Of a stretch of DNA of 64,000 bases, positions 39,041-49,210 are shown one piece after another. Where the stretch lies: the NCBI GenBank assembly GCA_913043225.1, contig CAJWLU010000017.1, forward strand, positions 1 to 64,000, written 5' to 3'. Within the stretch, counting starts at the first letter, position 1. Each line of letters begins with the position of its first letter. The notes under the pieces were generated by a model. The model saw nothing but the letters and a program-made list of their open reading frames with translations. It had not been told where the DNA came from and searched no databases. Both the position numbers and the translations under genes were made by a program. Source of the DNA: an uncultured Acidobacteriota bacterium. Its GTDB lineage: Bacteria; Acidobacteriota; Vicinamibacteria; Vicinamibacterales; UBA8438.

Positions 39041-41701
39041 ATGAAGAAAGCGGGTTGGATCGTCACCGCCGGGGTGTCCTGCGCCTTCGGAGTCTCTGCG
39101 CTACTGGTGCAGCTAGAGGCCCAGCCGGCCGAGCGGGCGCATGGCCACACCGAACTGGGGCTGGTGCTGCGCCAGGTTAACACCACCGGTACGTTTATGA
39201 TGGCCACCGCCCACCCGGATGACGAGAACAACGGTCTCCTAGCGTTGCTCGCCAAAGGGTGGGGGATAAGGACCGCGCTGGTGACCGCGACCCGGGGCGA
39301 TGGTGGTCAGAACGAGATCGGCCCCGAGCTGTTCGATGCGTTGGCCGCGCTTCGCACCGAGGAGCTGTTGGCGGCACATCGGCTGGACGGGGCGGAGCAG
39401 TACTTCACACGGGCGGTCGACTTCGGCTACTCGTTCAGCCGGGATGAGACTTTCCGACGCTGGGGCCGCGACGAGATCCTCGGCGATTACGTACGGATGA
39501 TCCGGACGCTTCGGCCTCACGTCATTGCTGGGATGAGTCCCGACGGCGACGGCGGTGGACAGCACCATCAGGCGTCGGCCGTGCTCGCCCGCGAGGCGTA
39601 TCTGGCGGCGGGAGATCCTAACCGTTTTTCCGAGCAGATCGCCGAGGGGCTTCGTCCGTGGCAGGCCCAGAAGTTCTATTTCAGCGCAGGTTTTGGCTTC
39701 GGCGGCCGCGGAGGACGTGGTAGCCGTCGGGGCGTGCCGAGTGACGGCCCGCGGATGACGACCGTCGAGATCGGGGAGTTCGATTCGCTCCTTGGCCGGA
39801 CGTACGCCGAGATCGGCAGCCAAGCACGAAGCATGCACAAGTGCCAGGGTATGTCTCCCCTGGTGAGGCTGCCGGGACCGGCGTCGTCGCGCTACCGTCT
39901 CGCAGAGACAACTATTCCGGGTCAGGCCGACATTCCAGAACGTACGCTCTTCGACGGGGTGGATACCTCGATCGAAGGCCTGGCGGACCTTGACGACGAA
40001 GAGCCGCCAGCCTCCCTCGTCGACGGGTTGGCGACGCTGTCTCAGCATGGCCAGTCGGCGCTCGAGGCGTTCGAGCGAGGTGACCGTAACCAGACCAGGA
40101 CGGCGGTGCTGGCTGGGCTGAGCGCGGCGCGCAACCTGCGGAGTGGGCTGGCCGCCATGGGGCTGTCCGACAACTCGTTCTACGAGCTGGACTTCAGGCT
40201 GGCGCAGAAGGCGGCCCAGTACGAGCAGGCGGCTCTGCTAGTTCACGACCTCCAGCTTGAAGCGCTGGCCAACGATGGGGTCGTGGTGCCAGCACAGGCG
40301 CTCGAGGTCGAACTGCAGGTGGCCAACTTCGGTCAGCACGCGGTGGCCGTCCGCCACATCGGTTTCACTGGGCTGACCACCGAGCCCCAGGTCTGCGGGG
40401 CTGACGTCGTCGCAGCCGGAGCGGTGTATCGCTGCGAGGCGTCGATGTCGGTGCCGACCACTGCCGCGGTGAGCGACGTGCACTGGGAGCGGCTGGCCGA
40501 CGCCGACCGCTATCGGTTCGACGAGGATGTCCAGTTCGGACTGCCATTCCGGCCAACCCCGTTCCGGGCCAGCTTTGAGCTGGACTTCGCGTCCAGCCGG
40601 ATCGTGATCGAACGACCCATCCACTTCCGCCACGGCACGGACATTTTCGCCGGTGAAAAACGGATGGAGCTCCAGGTGGTGCCACGCTTCGCTGTGGAGG
40701 TGACGCCGGATATCGCGATCATTCCACGTGGCGCCCCGGCGGCTCGAGAGGTCAGAGCGACCGTACGTCACGGCGGCGAGGGTCCAGCGACCGGTCAGGT
40801 GTCACTTTCTCTCCCGGCTGGGTGGTCGTCGTCGCCGGGTCAGGCGGCGGTGGCGTTCTCGCGGGAGGACGAGAGTCAGACCGTCCGCTTTAGCGTGCAG
40901 CCGCCAGCGAGTGTGAGGACCGGCGAGTTCGACATCGGCGCCATCGTGACTGAGGATGGAGTGCGGTTCGAACGGGGGTACCAGGTTGTTGAGTATCCCC
41001 ACATCGGCCGCCGTCACCTCGTGCACGGGTCCACGACTCGGATGCAGGTGATCGACGTGGAACTCGACCCTGGCTTGCTCGTGGGTTACGTGGATGGGGT
41101 CGGGGACGAGGTGCCACCCGCGATCGAGCAGCTCGGAGCGTCGCTGGAGTACATCTCCGACGACCAGCTGGCGTATCACGACCTGGCTCGCTTCGATGTC
41201 ATCGTGACCGGCGTCAGGGCCTATGAACGAAACGCCGCGCTCCGGGCGTACAACGATCGGCTGCTCGACTACGTCGAGGGCGGAGGAACGCTGATCGTCC
41301 AGTACAACAAGTTCGAATTCAACGAGGCGCAGTACGGCCCATACCCCGCCAGGGTGAGTCGTAACCGGGTCACCGACGAGTTGGCCCCCGTCTCCGTTGC
41401 GACCCCCGACCATCAGGTCTTCGGCTCTCCGAACCGGATCTCGGACGCCACCTGGGATGGCTGGGTGCAGGAGCGTGGTCTGTACTTCCTTGGCGACAAG
41501 GACCCCGCCTACCGGGATCTGGTCGAGCTGACCGATTCGTTCCCCTCGAATCCCGGCGTCAAGCAGGGCGCACTGGTGGAGGCAACCTACGGGGAGGGTC
41601 GCTGGATCTACGTCGGCCTCGGTTTGTGGCGCCAACTCCCGGCCGGCACCCCCGGCGCCTACCAGCTGCTCGCCAACCTGATCAGCTTAGGTAGTAATTA
41701 G
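39041..41701 (+). CDS. Exported PIG-L/LmbE family deacetylase with NEW3-like and C-terminal GATase-like domains
   Basis: AHPDDE, TRGDGGQN.IG, RAVDFGYS, SMHKCQG and W.GWVQERGLYF. Confidence 0.88.
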   Translation: MKKAGWIVTAGVSCAFGVSALLVQLEAQPAERAHGHTELGLVLRQVNTTGTFMMATAHPDDENNGLLALLAKGWGIRTALVTATRGDGGQNEIGPELFDALAALRTEELLAAHRLDGAEQYFTRAVDFGYSFSRDETFRRWGRDEILGDYVRMIRTLRPHVIAGMSPDGDGGGQHHQASAVLAREAYLAAGDPNRFSEQIAEGLRPWQAQKFYFSAGFGFGGRGGRGSRRGVPSDGPRMTTVEIGEFDSLLGRTYAEIGSQARSMHKCQGMSPLVRLPGPASSRYRLAETTIPGQADIPERTLFDGVDTSIEGLADLDDEEPPASLVDGLATLSQHGQSALEAFERGDRNQTRTAVLAGLSAARNLRSGLAAMGLSDNSFYELDFRLAQKAAQYEQAALLVHDLQLEALANDGVVVPAQALEVELQVANFGQHAVAVRHIGFTGLTTEPQVCGADVVAAGAVYRCEASMSVPTTAAVSDVHWERLADADRYRFDEDVQFGLPFRPTPFRASFELDFASSRIVIERPIHFRHGTDIFAGEKRMELQVVPRFAVEVTPDIAIIPRGAPAAREVRATVRHGGEGPATGQVSLSLPAGWSSSPGQAAVAFSREDESQTVRFSVQPPASVRTGEFDIGAIVTEDGVRFERGYQVVEYPHIGRRHLVHGSTTRMQVIDVELDPGLLVGYVDGVGDEVPPAIEQLGASLEYISDDQLAYHDLARFDVIVTGVRAYERNAALRAYNDRLLDYVEGGGTLIVQYNKFEFNEAQYGPYPARVSRNRVTDELAPVSVATPDHQVFGSPNRISDATWDGWVQERGLYFLGDKDPAYRDLVELTDSFPSNPGVKQGALVEATYGEGRWIYVGLGLWRQLPAGTPGAYQLLANLISLGSN

Positions 41702-41744
41702 GGAACCAGGCTAAATTGGTCAGCGGGTTCCCTTATCTAACCTA

Positions 41745-42026
41745 ATGAAGATCGCCGTAGACTCGGCAATCGCGCATCTGGCGCGGCGCACAGGTGCCGA
41801 TCACGGAGCCGGTGGTCTGATGATGGCGATGAGGGGAGCGGTGTCCGGAGGCCTCTATGGCACGGCCGCCCTGTTCGATGACACCCCGGACAATCCCGAC
41901 CTCGAGAACAGCGCCCGCGACGTGCGTCACGAGATCGACTTCCGGGCTGTGTATGTGCGTGTGATCGACGACTGGCTCGGAGCCAACTTTCGCAGCCCCA
42001 CCGTCGACTTCGTCCGAACTGGCTAG
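41745..42026 (+). pseudogene. 3' remnant of a DUF1501 family gene
   Basis: G.DHGAGG...G.VSGGLYG...DFRAVY..VIDDWLG matches the DUF1501 C-terminus; the rest of the protein is absent. Confidence 0.7.
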
Positions 42027-42901
42027 TTCACCTGTCCAAGCAGATAGATGTCGCCGGTGGGAGCGGGCATCCCGCCGTCCGGCTCGACGGTGACCGCCAT
42101 GGTGACCGGGAGCGGGATCGTGTCCGGTACCTCGACCAGCGTGGTTACGCTTCCGGCCGCATCTGGCTCGACGAGTGCGGCGCTGGCCGGGCCGTCGGGC
42201 AGCACGAACCATAGCTGATAGACGTCGCCCGCTGCCAGGGCCGGCACGTCTGAGGCCAGGAAGACCATCCGCCGGTCGGAGTCCCACAGCACCCGAGCAC
42301 GCGCCCTGGGAGCAATCGGTTGCCCGTCCAACTCAAGACGTTCGACATCGGCGCCCGCGAGGATGTTCAGCACGACGTTCCGTTCGTTAGCTTGGGTCCG
42401 GGCCTGGGCCAGCGAGGTATTCGCCCGCACGGTCAGCGCGTTGGCGGCATCGACCGTGGCTCGTAGATCCGTCACCCGCCGGTCGAGCTCGGCCACATAC
42501 CAACCGATGGCGCCGGCGGCTGCCAGTAGCAGCGTTGCGGCCAGCCAGAAAAGCGTGCCGGCTCCGCTTCTGGCCGGTTCTTCGACGTGGACCGTTGGCG
42601 CCTCCGGTTCCTCGACCGCGGTGAGCATGTCGTCCATGGTCTCGCGGTTGGGCACGAGCGGGGACTCTGTTTCTCCGGTGACCGACTGCAGCACGCGAAC
42701 CCGCAAAGCCTCCGGTGGCTCGACCGGGGGGGCGGCGTGAGCGAGCCCGTGGCTGACGGGGAGCAGCGCCGTCACCTCGTCGACGCAGGTTCGGCAGATC
42801 TCGAGGTGGGACTCGAAGACGGTCCGCTCCCTCGCGTTGAGGGCCCCCATCGCATACAGCGCCGCCAGACCCTCGTACTGTTCGTGCTGCGGGTCGCTCA
42901 T
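42023..42901 (-). CDS. Anti-sigma factor, RskA-like, with a zinc-finger (HxxxCxxC) N-terminus
   Basis: HLEICRTC, PPEALR, a TM segment, YQLW and AVTVEP.GG...PTG; ATGA overlap with the sigma gene. Confidence 0.9.
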   Translation of the reverse strand: MSDPQHEQYEGLAALYAMGALNARERTVFESHLEICRTCVDEVTALLPVSHGLAHAAPPVEPPEALRVRVLQSVTGETESPLVPNRETMDDMLTAVEEPEAPTVHVEEPARSGAGTLFWLAATLLLAAAGAIGWYVAELDRRVTDLRATVDAANALTVRANTSLAQARTQANERNVVLNILAGADVERLELDGQPIAPRARARVLWDSDRRMVFLASDVPALAAGDVYQLWFVLPDGPASAALVEPDAAGSVTTLVEVPDTIPLPVTMAVTVEPDGGMPAPTGDIYLLGQVN

Positions 42902-43503
42902 TCGGTCAACGTCTCGCGAAGGCGGTGAAGCCCGGTTCGTATCCGCGTCTTGATGGTGCCCGGCGGTTGCTCCAGCCGCGCGGCGATCTCCGTCTGGGTC
43001 AGTCCTTCGCAATACGCGAGTTCGATCGCCATCCGCTGAAGATAGGGCAACGTGGTCAGCGCCTGCCTGAGGCGCGTGGCCGATTCGGCCAAGACCACCA
43101 GATGGTCGACCGCCAGCGCCGTGTCGGGCAGCTCGACCAGTGCCCGTTCGGTGGCCGTGGGCGCGGTGTTCGGTCGTGTCTGCCTGGTTCTTAGCCGGTC
43201 GATGGCGCGGCTACGGGTGATGGTCAGGAGCCAGGCGGACACCGGGTCTCGGTCCGCGTCATAGCGCCGCGCCTGTGACCAGGCCTGGGCGAACACCGCC
43301 TCTACGACGTCTTCGGCATCGCCCTGATCTTCGAGCACGCGCAGCGCCAGCCCAAAGACGGCTCGAGCATGCCGATCGAAGATGGCGGCCAGTGCCGAAG
43401 CGTCCCCTTCGGCCAAACGCTGCATCGTCTCGCGATCGCGCACGCGTTCCGCCGGCGAGGAGGCGCCGTTGCCGGCATCGTCGATCAGGGCTCCGAGCAG
43501 CAT
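42898..43503 (-). CDS. ECF sigma-70 factor, SigK-like
   Basis: DAEDVV, WLLTITRSRAID, LAY.EGLTQTEIA and GTIKTRIR. Confidence 0.92.
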   Translation of the reverse strand: MLLGALIDDAGNGASSPAERVRDRETMQRLAEGDASALAAIFDRHARAVFGLALRVLEDQGDAEDVVEAVFAQAWSQARRYDADRDPVSAWLLTITRSRAIDRLRTRQTRPNTAPTATERALVELPDTALAVDHLVVLAESATRLRQALTTLPYLQRMAIELAYCEGLTQTEIAARLEQPPGTIKTRIRTGLHRLRETLTE

Positions 43504-43717
43504 GGAAGGTCTCGATCCGGACCCTGCCGGCCCCTGCTGGAGGCTGGCGCCGGCAGGGTGGTTTCGAGAAGAAGATGTTACTCCGAACCTGGAACCGCGG
43601 TGGGGCCAGGCGGCCAGCGGCGCGGTGGTGACGTAACTTATGGACGGGTCCGGCGGTCAAAGCCGAGGAGGACCGTTGCTGGCGCCTTCTTGGTACGGGA
43701 AGATCCTGGAGGTCGCT

Positions 43718-44088
43718 ATGCGGAGGAGGGGATAGTTGGCGGCGGGGTGCTCGGAGAGTCCGACTACGCCGAGTGAGATCCAGACGACGGATCAGGCCCA
43801 ACGCAACCGATTGTGACCATTACCAGCCAGGGCGTCGATCCCAGCACCATGTAGATCCGCGTCGGCGAGCGCGTGCTGTTCGCGAAGAACGATAGCGTGG
43901 CGCACGAGATGTCGTCCGACGATCATCCCCCTTATCTGGACTGTCCGGCCATGAATCAGGTCGGTTACCTGGAGCTTGGGCAGTGCCGGGAAACCGGGAA
44001 CTTCGTGACGGCACGCACTTGCACGTATCATGAACACATCGATGCGTTGAACTAGAGCCTGCTTGGCTCGACCGTCATCGTGGAGTGA
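43718..44088 (+). pseudogene. Decayed cupredoxin-like lipoprotein gene
   Basis: GGAGGT RBS, then MRRRG*LAAGCSESPTTPS, a frameshift, and PIVTITSQGVDPSTM*IRVGERVLF.KND..AHEMSSD.HP...DCP...TCTYHEH...N*SLLGSTVIVE. Stops at 43733, 43852 and 44053. Confidence 0.75.
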
Positions 44089-44096
44089 TCGGATCA

Positions 44097-44915
44097 ATGA
44101 GAATGCTGAGCATCGCGCGGCGGGTCGTGATCGGACTTGCTCTGGTGTGCGGGCTGGGCCTGGCGGGCACGCGCGTCGCCACGGTCGAGCAGCCTACGGG
44201 AGATCTGTCGATGGTGAAGGCGATGACCTTCGACGTATTCGGCACCGTCGTGGACTGGCGGTCCTCCATTATTCGGGAGGGTGAAGCGCTTCAAGCTCGA
44301 ACCGGCATTGAGGCCGATTGGGCGGCGTTTGCCGACGCGTGGCGTGGGGGCTATGGCCCGGCCATGCGCAGGGTGACGAGCGGCGAGCTCTCGTGGACGA
44401 AGATCGACGTGCTACACCGGATGATTCTCGATGACCTGATTCCCGAGTACGGATTGACCTCGCTCGACGAGGAGGCGCGTGACCACCTGAACCGAGTCTG
44501 GCACCGCCTGACGCCGTGGTCCGATTCGGTGTCCGGCCTGACCCGGCTCAAGACCCGCTATACGCTGGCGACGTTGTCCAACGGGAACGTGGCGCTGCTG
44601 GTCAACATGGCCAAGAACGCGGGCCTTCCGTGGGATGCGGTTCTGTCGGCGGAACTGGCCCAGAACTACAAGCCGCAGCCAGAGGTCTATCTGAAGGCGG
44701 CAGACCTGCTTGGACTCGAACCAGGAGAGGTCATGATGGTGGCCGCCCACAAGGGTGATCTGCGAGCCGCCGCGGCGGTCGGGCTAAAGACCGGCTATGT
44801 GCCCCGTCCCATGGAGTACGGCCCCGACCGAGAGATCGACACCACCTCAGACCCCGAGTTCGACGTGGTGGCGACCGACTTCAACGACCTTGCCGACAAG
44901 CTCGGCATCCGGTAA
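44097..44915 (+). CDS. Haloacid dehalogenase type II (HAD) with an N-terminal signal-like segment
   Basis: FDVFGTVVDW, WHRL.PW.D, LSNGN, YKP and MVAAH..DL.AA. Confidence 0.9.
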   Translation: MRMLSIARRVVIGLALVCGLGLAGTRVATVEQPTGDLSMVKAMTFDVFGTVVDWRSSIIREGEALQARTGIEADWAAFADAWRGGYGPAMRRVTSGELSWTKIDVLHRMILDDLIPEYGLTSLDEEARDHLNRVWHRLTPWSDSVSGLTRLKTRYTLATLSNGNVALLVNMAKNAGLPWDAVLSAELAQNYKPQPEVYLKAADLLGLEPGEVMMVAAHKGDLRAAAAVGLKTGYVPRPMEYGPDREIDTTSDPEFDVVATDFNDLADKLGIR

Positions 44916-44948
44916 TCCGCCCACCCGCCGGGCAAGCGAGCATTCCGA

Positions 44949-46277
44949 CTACTCGAGCCACTCCCGCACCTGATCGAGCACGTCCGCGATGGCGGCCCGT
45001 TGCCTGCGGAGGCTGGCCCGTGCCCGGAGTGGCGTTTGGCGACTGGCAAGAAAGGCTCGGATCAGCCGCCATGCCGACGTCTGTTGCTCGAACGCCATCA
45101 GCCCGGCGAAGGCGAGCAGGGGAAGTGTCACTCCTACCCCGAGCCCCCAGCCCGGCCCACAGAGGCTACCGGCCACCCCGGCGAGGACGCCAATCCAGAC
45201 GCCGTAGACCACCACGCCGCCGCCGACTTGCCAGGTGGCGCGACTCTGCAGGTCGGGCGCCCATCGACTGAAGATCCAAGTTAGCCAGTAGGCCGGTGCG
45301 AAACAGACCACGCTCACCAGCGCGAGCGGAAGGAGCACGGCCGCTCGGAGGCCTTCTCTGGCCAGGAACTTTGCCACCTCGGGCGGCGGCATCCGTCGGT
45401 CGAGATCGTTGTCCCTGAGACCGAAGGCGCGTCGCTGTTCGTCGTAGAGCCGGAGGTCTTCGAGGACCGATTCGTAGCGTGCGGGGTCTTCCTCACGCAG
45501 TCGGTCAATGCCTTGCGCGATCAGCTGGCGTCGGCGCACTTTCTCCGCCGGGTCGCGGGAGACTCCGCGCGCCGACGCATAGAGCCGGTCGATTCTGGCT
45601 ACCAGCGGGAGATCGCCTCGGGGGTTGGCTTCAACCAGCAGCCGGCGCATCTGGTCGGCGATCCTGTCGGTGAGCTCTCGCGCCGCTTCTTGCGGCTCGT
45701 CCCGGAAACGTTCTACCAGGTCGGTTCCATCGAACGCGGGGCCGAACAGGGCCACCAGCCGCGATCGGAAGAGCGGGAGCCGGTCGAAGTTGAGGCCCAC
45801 CGGAACGATCGCCACCGGATGCCCGGCCGCGGTGCTGGTCAACACCATTCGAGCCGCCCCGGTGCGCAGTGACTCCAGACGGCCGCTGACGTGGCTGATC
45901 CCTTCTGGGAACAGGCAGATCGCCTCGCCGGCCGCCAGCGCTTGCTGGACCGACGCGAACGTCTCCACGTTCCTGGAGGTGTCGCCCCCAGAGTCGATCT
46001 TCCGGTAGACCGGAATCGCACCCGAACGCCGGATCAGCGGGCTCAGCACCTGTCCCTGAAACAGCGTTGACTTGGCGAGAAACCTGACCGTACGTCCTGC
46101 AGTGGCTTGAATCAGCGACGGATCAAGGAGGGCATTGGGGTGGTTGGCCACTAGCACTAGAGCGCCATCGGGAAGTTCGGGACCGACCCGCGTGACGCGG
46201 TAGTAGACCCGGACCGCGAAACCGGCCAGACGCCATAGGAGCCGGCTGCCGGCCGGGGGAGGGGCTGACGCGCTCAT
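44949..46277 (-). CDS. Phospholipid/glycerol acyltransferase
   Basis: NHPNALLD (HX4D), FLAK, FPEG.S and VPVGL; C-terminal TM segments. Confidence 0.9.
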   Translation of the reverse strand: MSASAPPPAGSRLLWRLAGFAVRVYYRVTRVGPELPDGALVLVANHPNALLDPSLIQATAGRTVRFLAKSTLFQGQVLSPLIRRSGAIPVYRKIDSGGDTSRNVETFASVQQALAAGEAICLFPEGISHVSGRLESLRTGAARMVLTSTAAGHPVAIVPVGLNFDRLPLFRSRLVALFGPAFDGTDLVERFRDEPQEAARELTDRIADQMRRLLVEANPRGDLPLVARIDRLYASARGVSRDPAEKVRRRQLIAQGIDRLREEDPARYESVLEDLRLYDEQRRAFGLRDNDLDRRMPPPEVAKFLAREGLRAAVLLPLALVSVVCFAPAYWLTWIFSRWAPDLQSRATWQVGGGVVVYGVWIGVLAGVAGSLCGPGWGLGVGVTLPLLAFAGLMAFEQQTSAWRLIRAFLASRQTPLRARASLRRQRAAIADVLDQVREWLE

Positions 46278-46312
46278 GGCGTGTGCCCGTCATCTTACTG
46301 GACGGCGATACC

Positions 46313-47062
46313 CTAGCCGCTTCGTCGCGCCTTGAACCGTAACCGCACGTAGTCCACGACCCAGACGCCGTTCGTGTTCTTCAGCCCTGGTTCGAGCTGC
46401 GCCTTGACCTCCTCGACGACGGCCGCACGTTCGTCCTCCGGGACGGCGTCGAGGAACCGCTGGGCAAAGATCCACAGCCAATGCGAGAGGTCACCTGGCA
46501 GCGGCGTCGGTCGTGGGAACCGCTGAATAGATTCGACAGAGAACCCGCCAACCTCGAGTCGCCGCTGATATTCCGCCTCGGTCGGAAAGTACCACGGGTC
46601 TGCAGCCGCCGGGTTCACGCCTCGGGCAGTCAGGGCGGTGCTGAGCGCTTCACGGATCGACAGGACACAGCCGGCGCCCCCCATCTCGGCCACGAATCGG
46701 CCACCGGGTCGCAGGGCTCGCCGGACCCCGGCGATGACCCTGTCCGCCTCCGAGACCCAGTGCAACGCGGCATTGCTGAAGACGGCGTCGAACTCACCGT
46801 CGAAGGTGAGCTCGCGGAAGTCGGTGATCCGGGCATCGAGACCGCGCTCGAGCGCCGCCCAGACTTGTTCGGGGCTGCTGTCCACCGCGACGACGAGACA
46901 GCCGGCCCGGCGCAGTCGCTCGGTGAGCGACCCGTCGCCGCAGCCGAGGTCGAGCATGCGCTCACCGGCAAGTGGTTCCAGCAGATCCACGACCGGCGCA
47001 CCCAGGTCAGAGACGAAGCGCGCGTGCTGGTCGTAGGCGTCCGGATCCCACCGCTGGGTCAT
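46313..47062 (-). CDS. Class I SAM-dependent methyltransferase (Tam-like)
   Basis: LDLGCGDG, FDAVFSNAALHW and DYVRLR; start ATG 47062 overlaps the hisA stop. Confidence 0.9.
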   Translation of the reverse strand: MTQRWDPDAYDQHARFVSDLGAPVVDLLEPLAGERMLDLGCGDGSLTERLRRAGCLVVAVDSSPEQVWAALERGLDARITDFRELTFDGEFDAVFSNAALHWVSEADRVIAGVRRALRPGGRFVAEMGGAGCVLSIREALSTALTARGVNPAAADPWYFPTEAEYQRRLEVGGFSVESIQRFPRPTPLPGDLSHWLWIFAQRFLDAVPEDERAAVVEEVKAQLEPGLKNTNGVWVVDYVRLRFKARRSG

Positions 47063-47760
47063 GAGTCGGATCGCGGCGAGAGCTCGTCGAGTGCGAGCGT
47101 GCCGGTGTAGATGGCCATGCCAACGACCGCGTCGATGCCGGCCCGGTCCAGCGACTCGATCTCTTCCCTGGTGGTGATACCGCCGGCCGCCGTGAGGGGA
47201 CGCTCGGTCGCCGCGGCGACCTCCTCGATGGCCGACATGTCGGTGCCCTGCATCAGCCCCTCCCGGTCGACGTGGGTATAGAGAAACTCGCCGCAGTACG
47301 GTTCGAGCTGGCGCACCGCTTCGACGGGGGTGACCTCGACCGGTTCCCGCCACCCTCGGATCACCACCTTTCCCGCCTTGCTGTCCACTGCGGCAATGAC
47401 CCGTTCGGGCCCCACGGCCTCGGCGAGCAACTGGGCGAAATCGAGGTTCGGGTGGCCGTCCCGGAACAGTGAAGAGCTCACGATGATGGCCCGGGCTCCG
47501 TAGTCGACGACCTCGCGGGCGCGCTCTATCGACCGGATCCCTCCCCCGACGCGGCACGGCAGTAGCGGCGCGACGTGACGCACCAGCTCGTCGTTGGTCC
47601 CGGAGCCGATCGCTGCGTCCAGATCGATCAGCTGGACCTTCGGAAACCTAGAGAACCTGTCGATCCATTCCTCCAGGTCGTCGCTGGCCAAAGCCAGCCG
47701 CTCACCCTGGACCAGCTGGACCACCTGGCCACCCTTGAGGTCGATTGAGGGAATAAGCAT
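47059..47760 (-). CDS. hisA: ProFAR isomerase HisA
   Basis: IPSIDL..G.VVQL.QG, IDLDAA, VGGGIR, T.VDREG.M.G and AAGG. Start at 47760. Confidence 0.88.
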   Translation of the reverse strand: MLIPSIDLKGGQVVQLVQGERLALASDDLEEWIDRFSRFPKVQLIDLDAAIGSGTNDELVRHVAPLLPCRVGGGIRSIERAREVVDYGARAIIVSSSLFRDGHPNLDFAQLLAEAVGPERVIAAVDSKAGKVVIRGWREPVEVTPVEAVRQLEPYCGEFLYTHVDREGLMQGTDMSAIEEVAAATERPLTAAGGITTREEIESLDRAGIDAVVGMAIYTGTLALDELSPRSDS

Positions 47761-47764
47761 CGTG

Positions 47765-48529
47765 CTAGCCAGTCTCCAGCCGCACCGGGATCTGGTGCTG
47801 GTACAGGTGGGCCTTGAGGTCCTCGACGGCGTGTTCGGCGTAGTGGAAAATCGATGCCGCCAGGGCCGCGTCCGCTCGACCGGCCCGGAAGACGTCGACG
47901 AAGTGATCGAAGGTCCCGGCGCCGCCCGACGCAATGACCGGGATCGGCACCGCCTCGGAGACGGCCGCCGTCAGTTCACAGTCGAAGCCGGACTTCGTGC
48001 CGTCGCGGTCGATCGAGGTGAGCAGGATCTCACCGGCTCCCCGGTCCGCCGCCTCTCGCGCCCATTCGACCGCGTCCCGTTCGGTGCCCTCTTGACCGCT
48101 ACGGACGTAGATCTTGAACCGGTCGTCCTCGCGCTTCGCGTCGATGGCCACGATCACGGCTTGGCTGCCGTATCGCCGCGCCAGCGTGGTGATCAGCTCG
48201 GGCTGTCTGAGCGCGGCTGTATTGATTCCCACCTTGTCGGCGCCCGCCTCGATGGCGGCCTCTGCGTGCTCCTCGCCCCGGATGCCGCCGCCGACACAGA
48301 GTGGGAGGAAAATCTCTCCCGCCACGGCTCGGATGGTTTCGGCCAGTGCCTTCCGACCCTCGATCGTCGCGGTGACGTCGAGGATCACCACCTCGTCGAT
48401 TCCTTCCCGGTTGTATCGCCTGGCAAGGGTCGCGGGGTCACCAGCTCGACGGAGGTCTTCGAAGTTGATGCCTTTGACGACCGAGCCGTCCCGAACGTCC
48501 AGGCAGGCGATGATCCGCTTGGATAGCAT
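47765..48529 (-). CDS. hisF: Imidazole glycerol phosphate synthase cyclase subunit
   Basis: [29 protein letters not shown] and ALAASIFH. Start at 48529. Confidence 0.96.
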   Translation of the reverse strand: MLSKRIIACLDVRDGSVVKGINFEDLRRAGDPATLARRYNREGIDEVVILDVTATIEGRKALAETIRAVAGEIFLPLCVGGGIRGEEHAEAAIEAGADKVGINTAALRQPELITTLARRYGSQAVIVAIDAKREDDRFKIYVRSGQEGTERDAVEWAREAADRGAGEILLTSIDRDGTKSGFDCELTAAVSEAVPIPVIASGGAGTFDHFVDVFRAGRADAALAASIFHYAEHAVEDLKAHLYQHQIPVRLETG

Positions 48530-48543
48530 GAGGTGGTATTTCT

Positions 48544-49197
48544 CTAGCCTTCCACCCGACGGAGGAAGTTCCCCAGGATCCGGAGTCCGACGTCGGACGA
48601 CTTTTCCGGGTGGAACTGGACCCCGCCGACCTGTCCACGTTCGACCGCGGCGGCGAAGTCGACGCCGTAACGCGTGGAGCCAACGCAGTCGTCGGTCACC
48701 GGCGCGGCAAACGAGTGGGTGAAGTACACCTGATCGCCTTCGTTTACCCCGTCGAGGAGCCAGGATGCCCGCGTCAGGCGGAGGGAGTTCCATCCGACGT
48801 GGGGCACCTTGAGGCGACCCCGTCCGTCGACCCCGCTGCCCTCGGCGACGTCCGGGTCGTCGGCCGCGACCGCTTCAGGTAGCTGCTGGCAGAGGCCCGC
48901 CATCACCGCGAGCCCCTCGTGGTCTGGCGCCTCGGCGCTGCCGTCGAACAACCACTGCATGCCGACGCAGATCCCGAGTAGCGGGTGTTCCTGAGACACC
49001 TGCTCGAGGATTGCCGTTCGCCATTCGGGTCCGAGCGCGCCCGTCACCTCGAAGTTACCGACTCCGGGCACGATGATGCCTCGAGCCCCGGTCAGTTCGC
49101 CGGGTGAGGTCGGGGTGCTGAAGCGAACGCCCAGATGGCCCAACGCCTTGCGCACCGACGTCAGATTCCCCGCGCCGTAGTCGATCAGAGCGATCAT
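48544..49197 (-). CDS. hisH: Imidazole glycerol phosphate synthase glutaminase subunit
   Basis: IDYGAGN, PGVG, GICVGMQ, VPHVGWN and QFHPEKS. Start at 49197. Confidence 0.96.
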   Translation of the reverse strand: MIALIDYGAGNLTSVRKALGHLGVRFSTPTSPGELTGARGIIVPGVGNFEVTGALGPEWRTAILEQVSQEHPLLGICVGMQWLFDGSAEAPDHEGLAVMAGLCQQLPEAVAADDPDVAEGSGVDGRGRLKVPHVGWNSLRLTRASWLLDGVNEGDQVYFTHSFAAPVTDDCVGSTRYGVDFAAAVERGQVGGVQFHPEKSSDVGLRILGNFLRRVEG

Positions 49198-49210
49198 CGG
49201 GGGCCTACTC

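Noticed and set aside
43718..44088. Amber (pyrrolysine) read-through or recoding of TAG
   Set aside because: The same gene also has a frameshift and a truncated signal peptide, and TAG ends many normal genes here. Decay is the simpler explanation.
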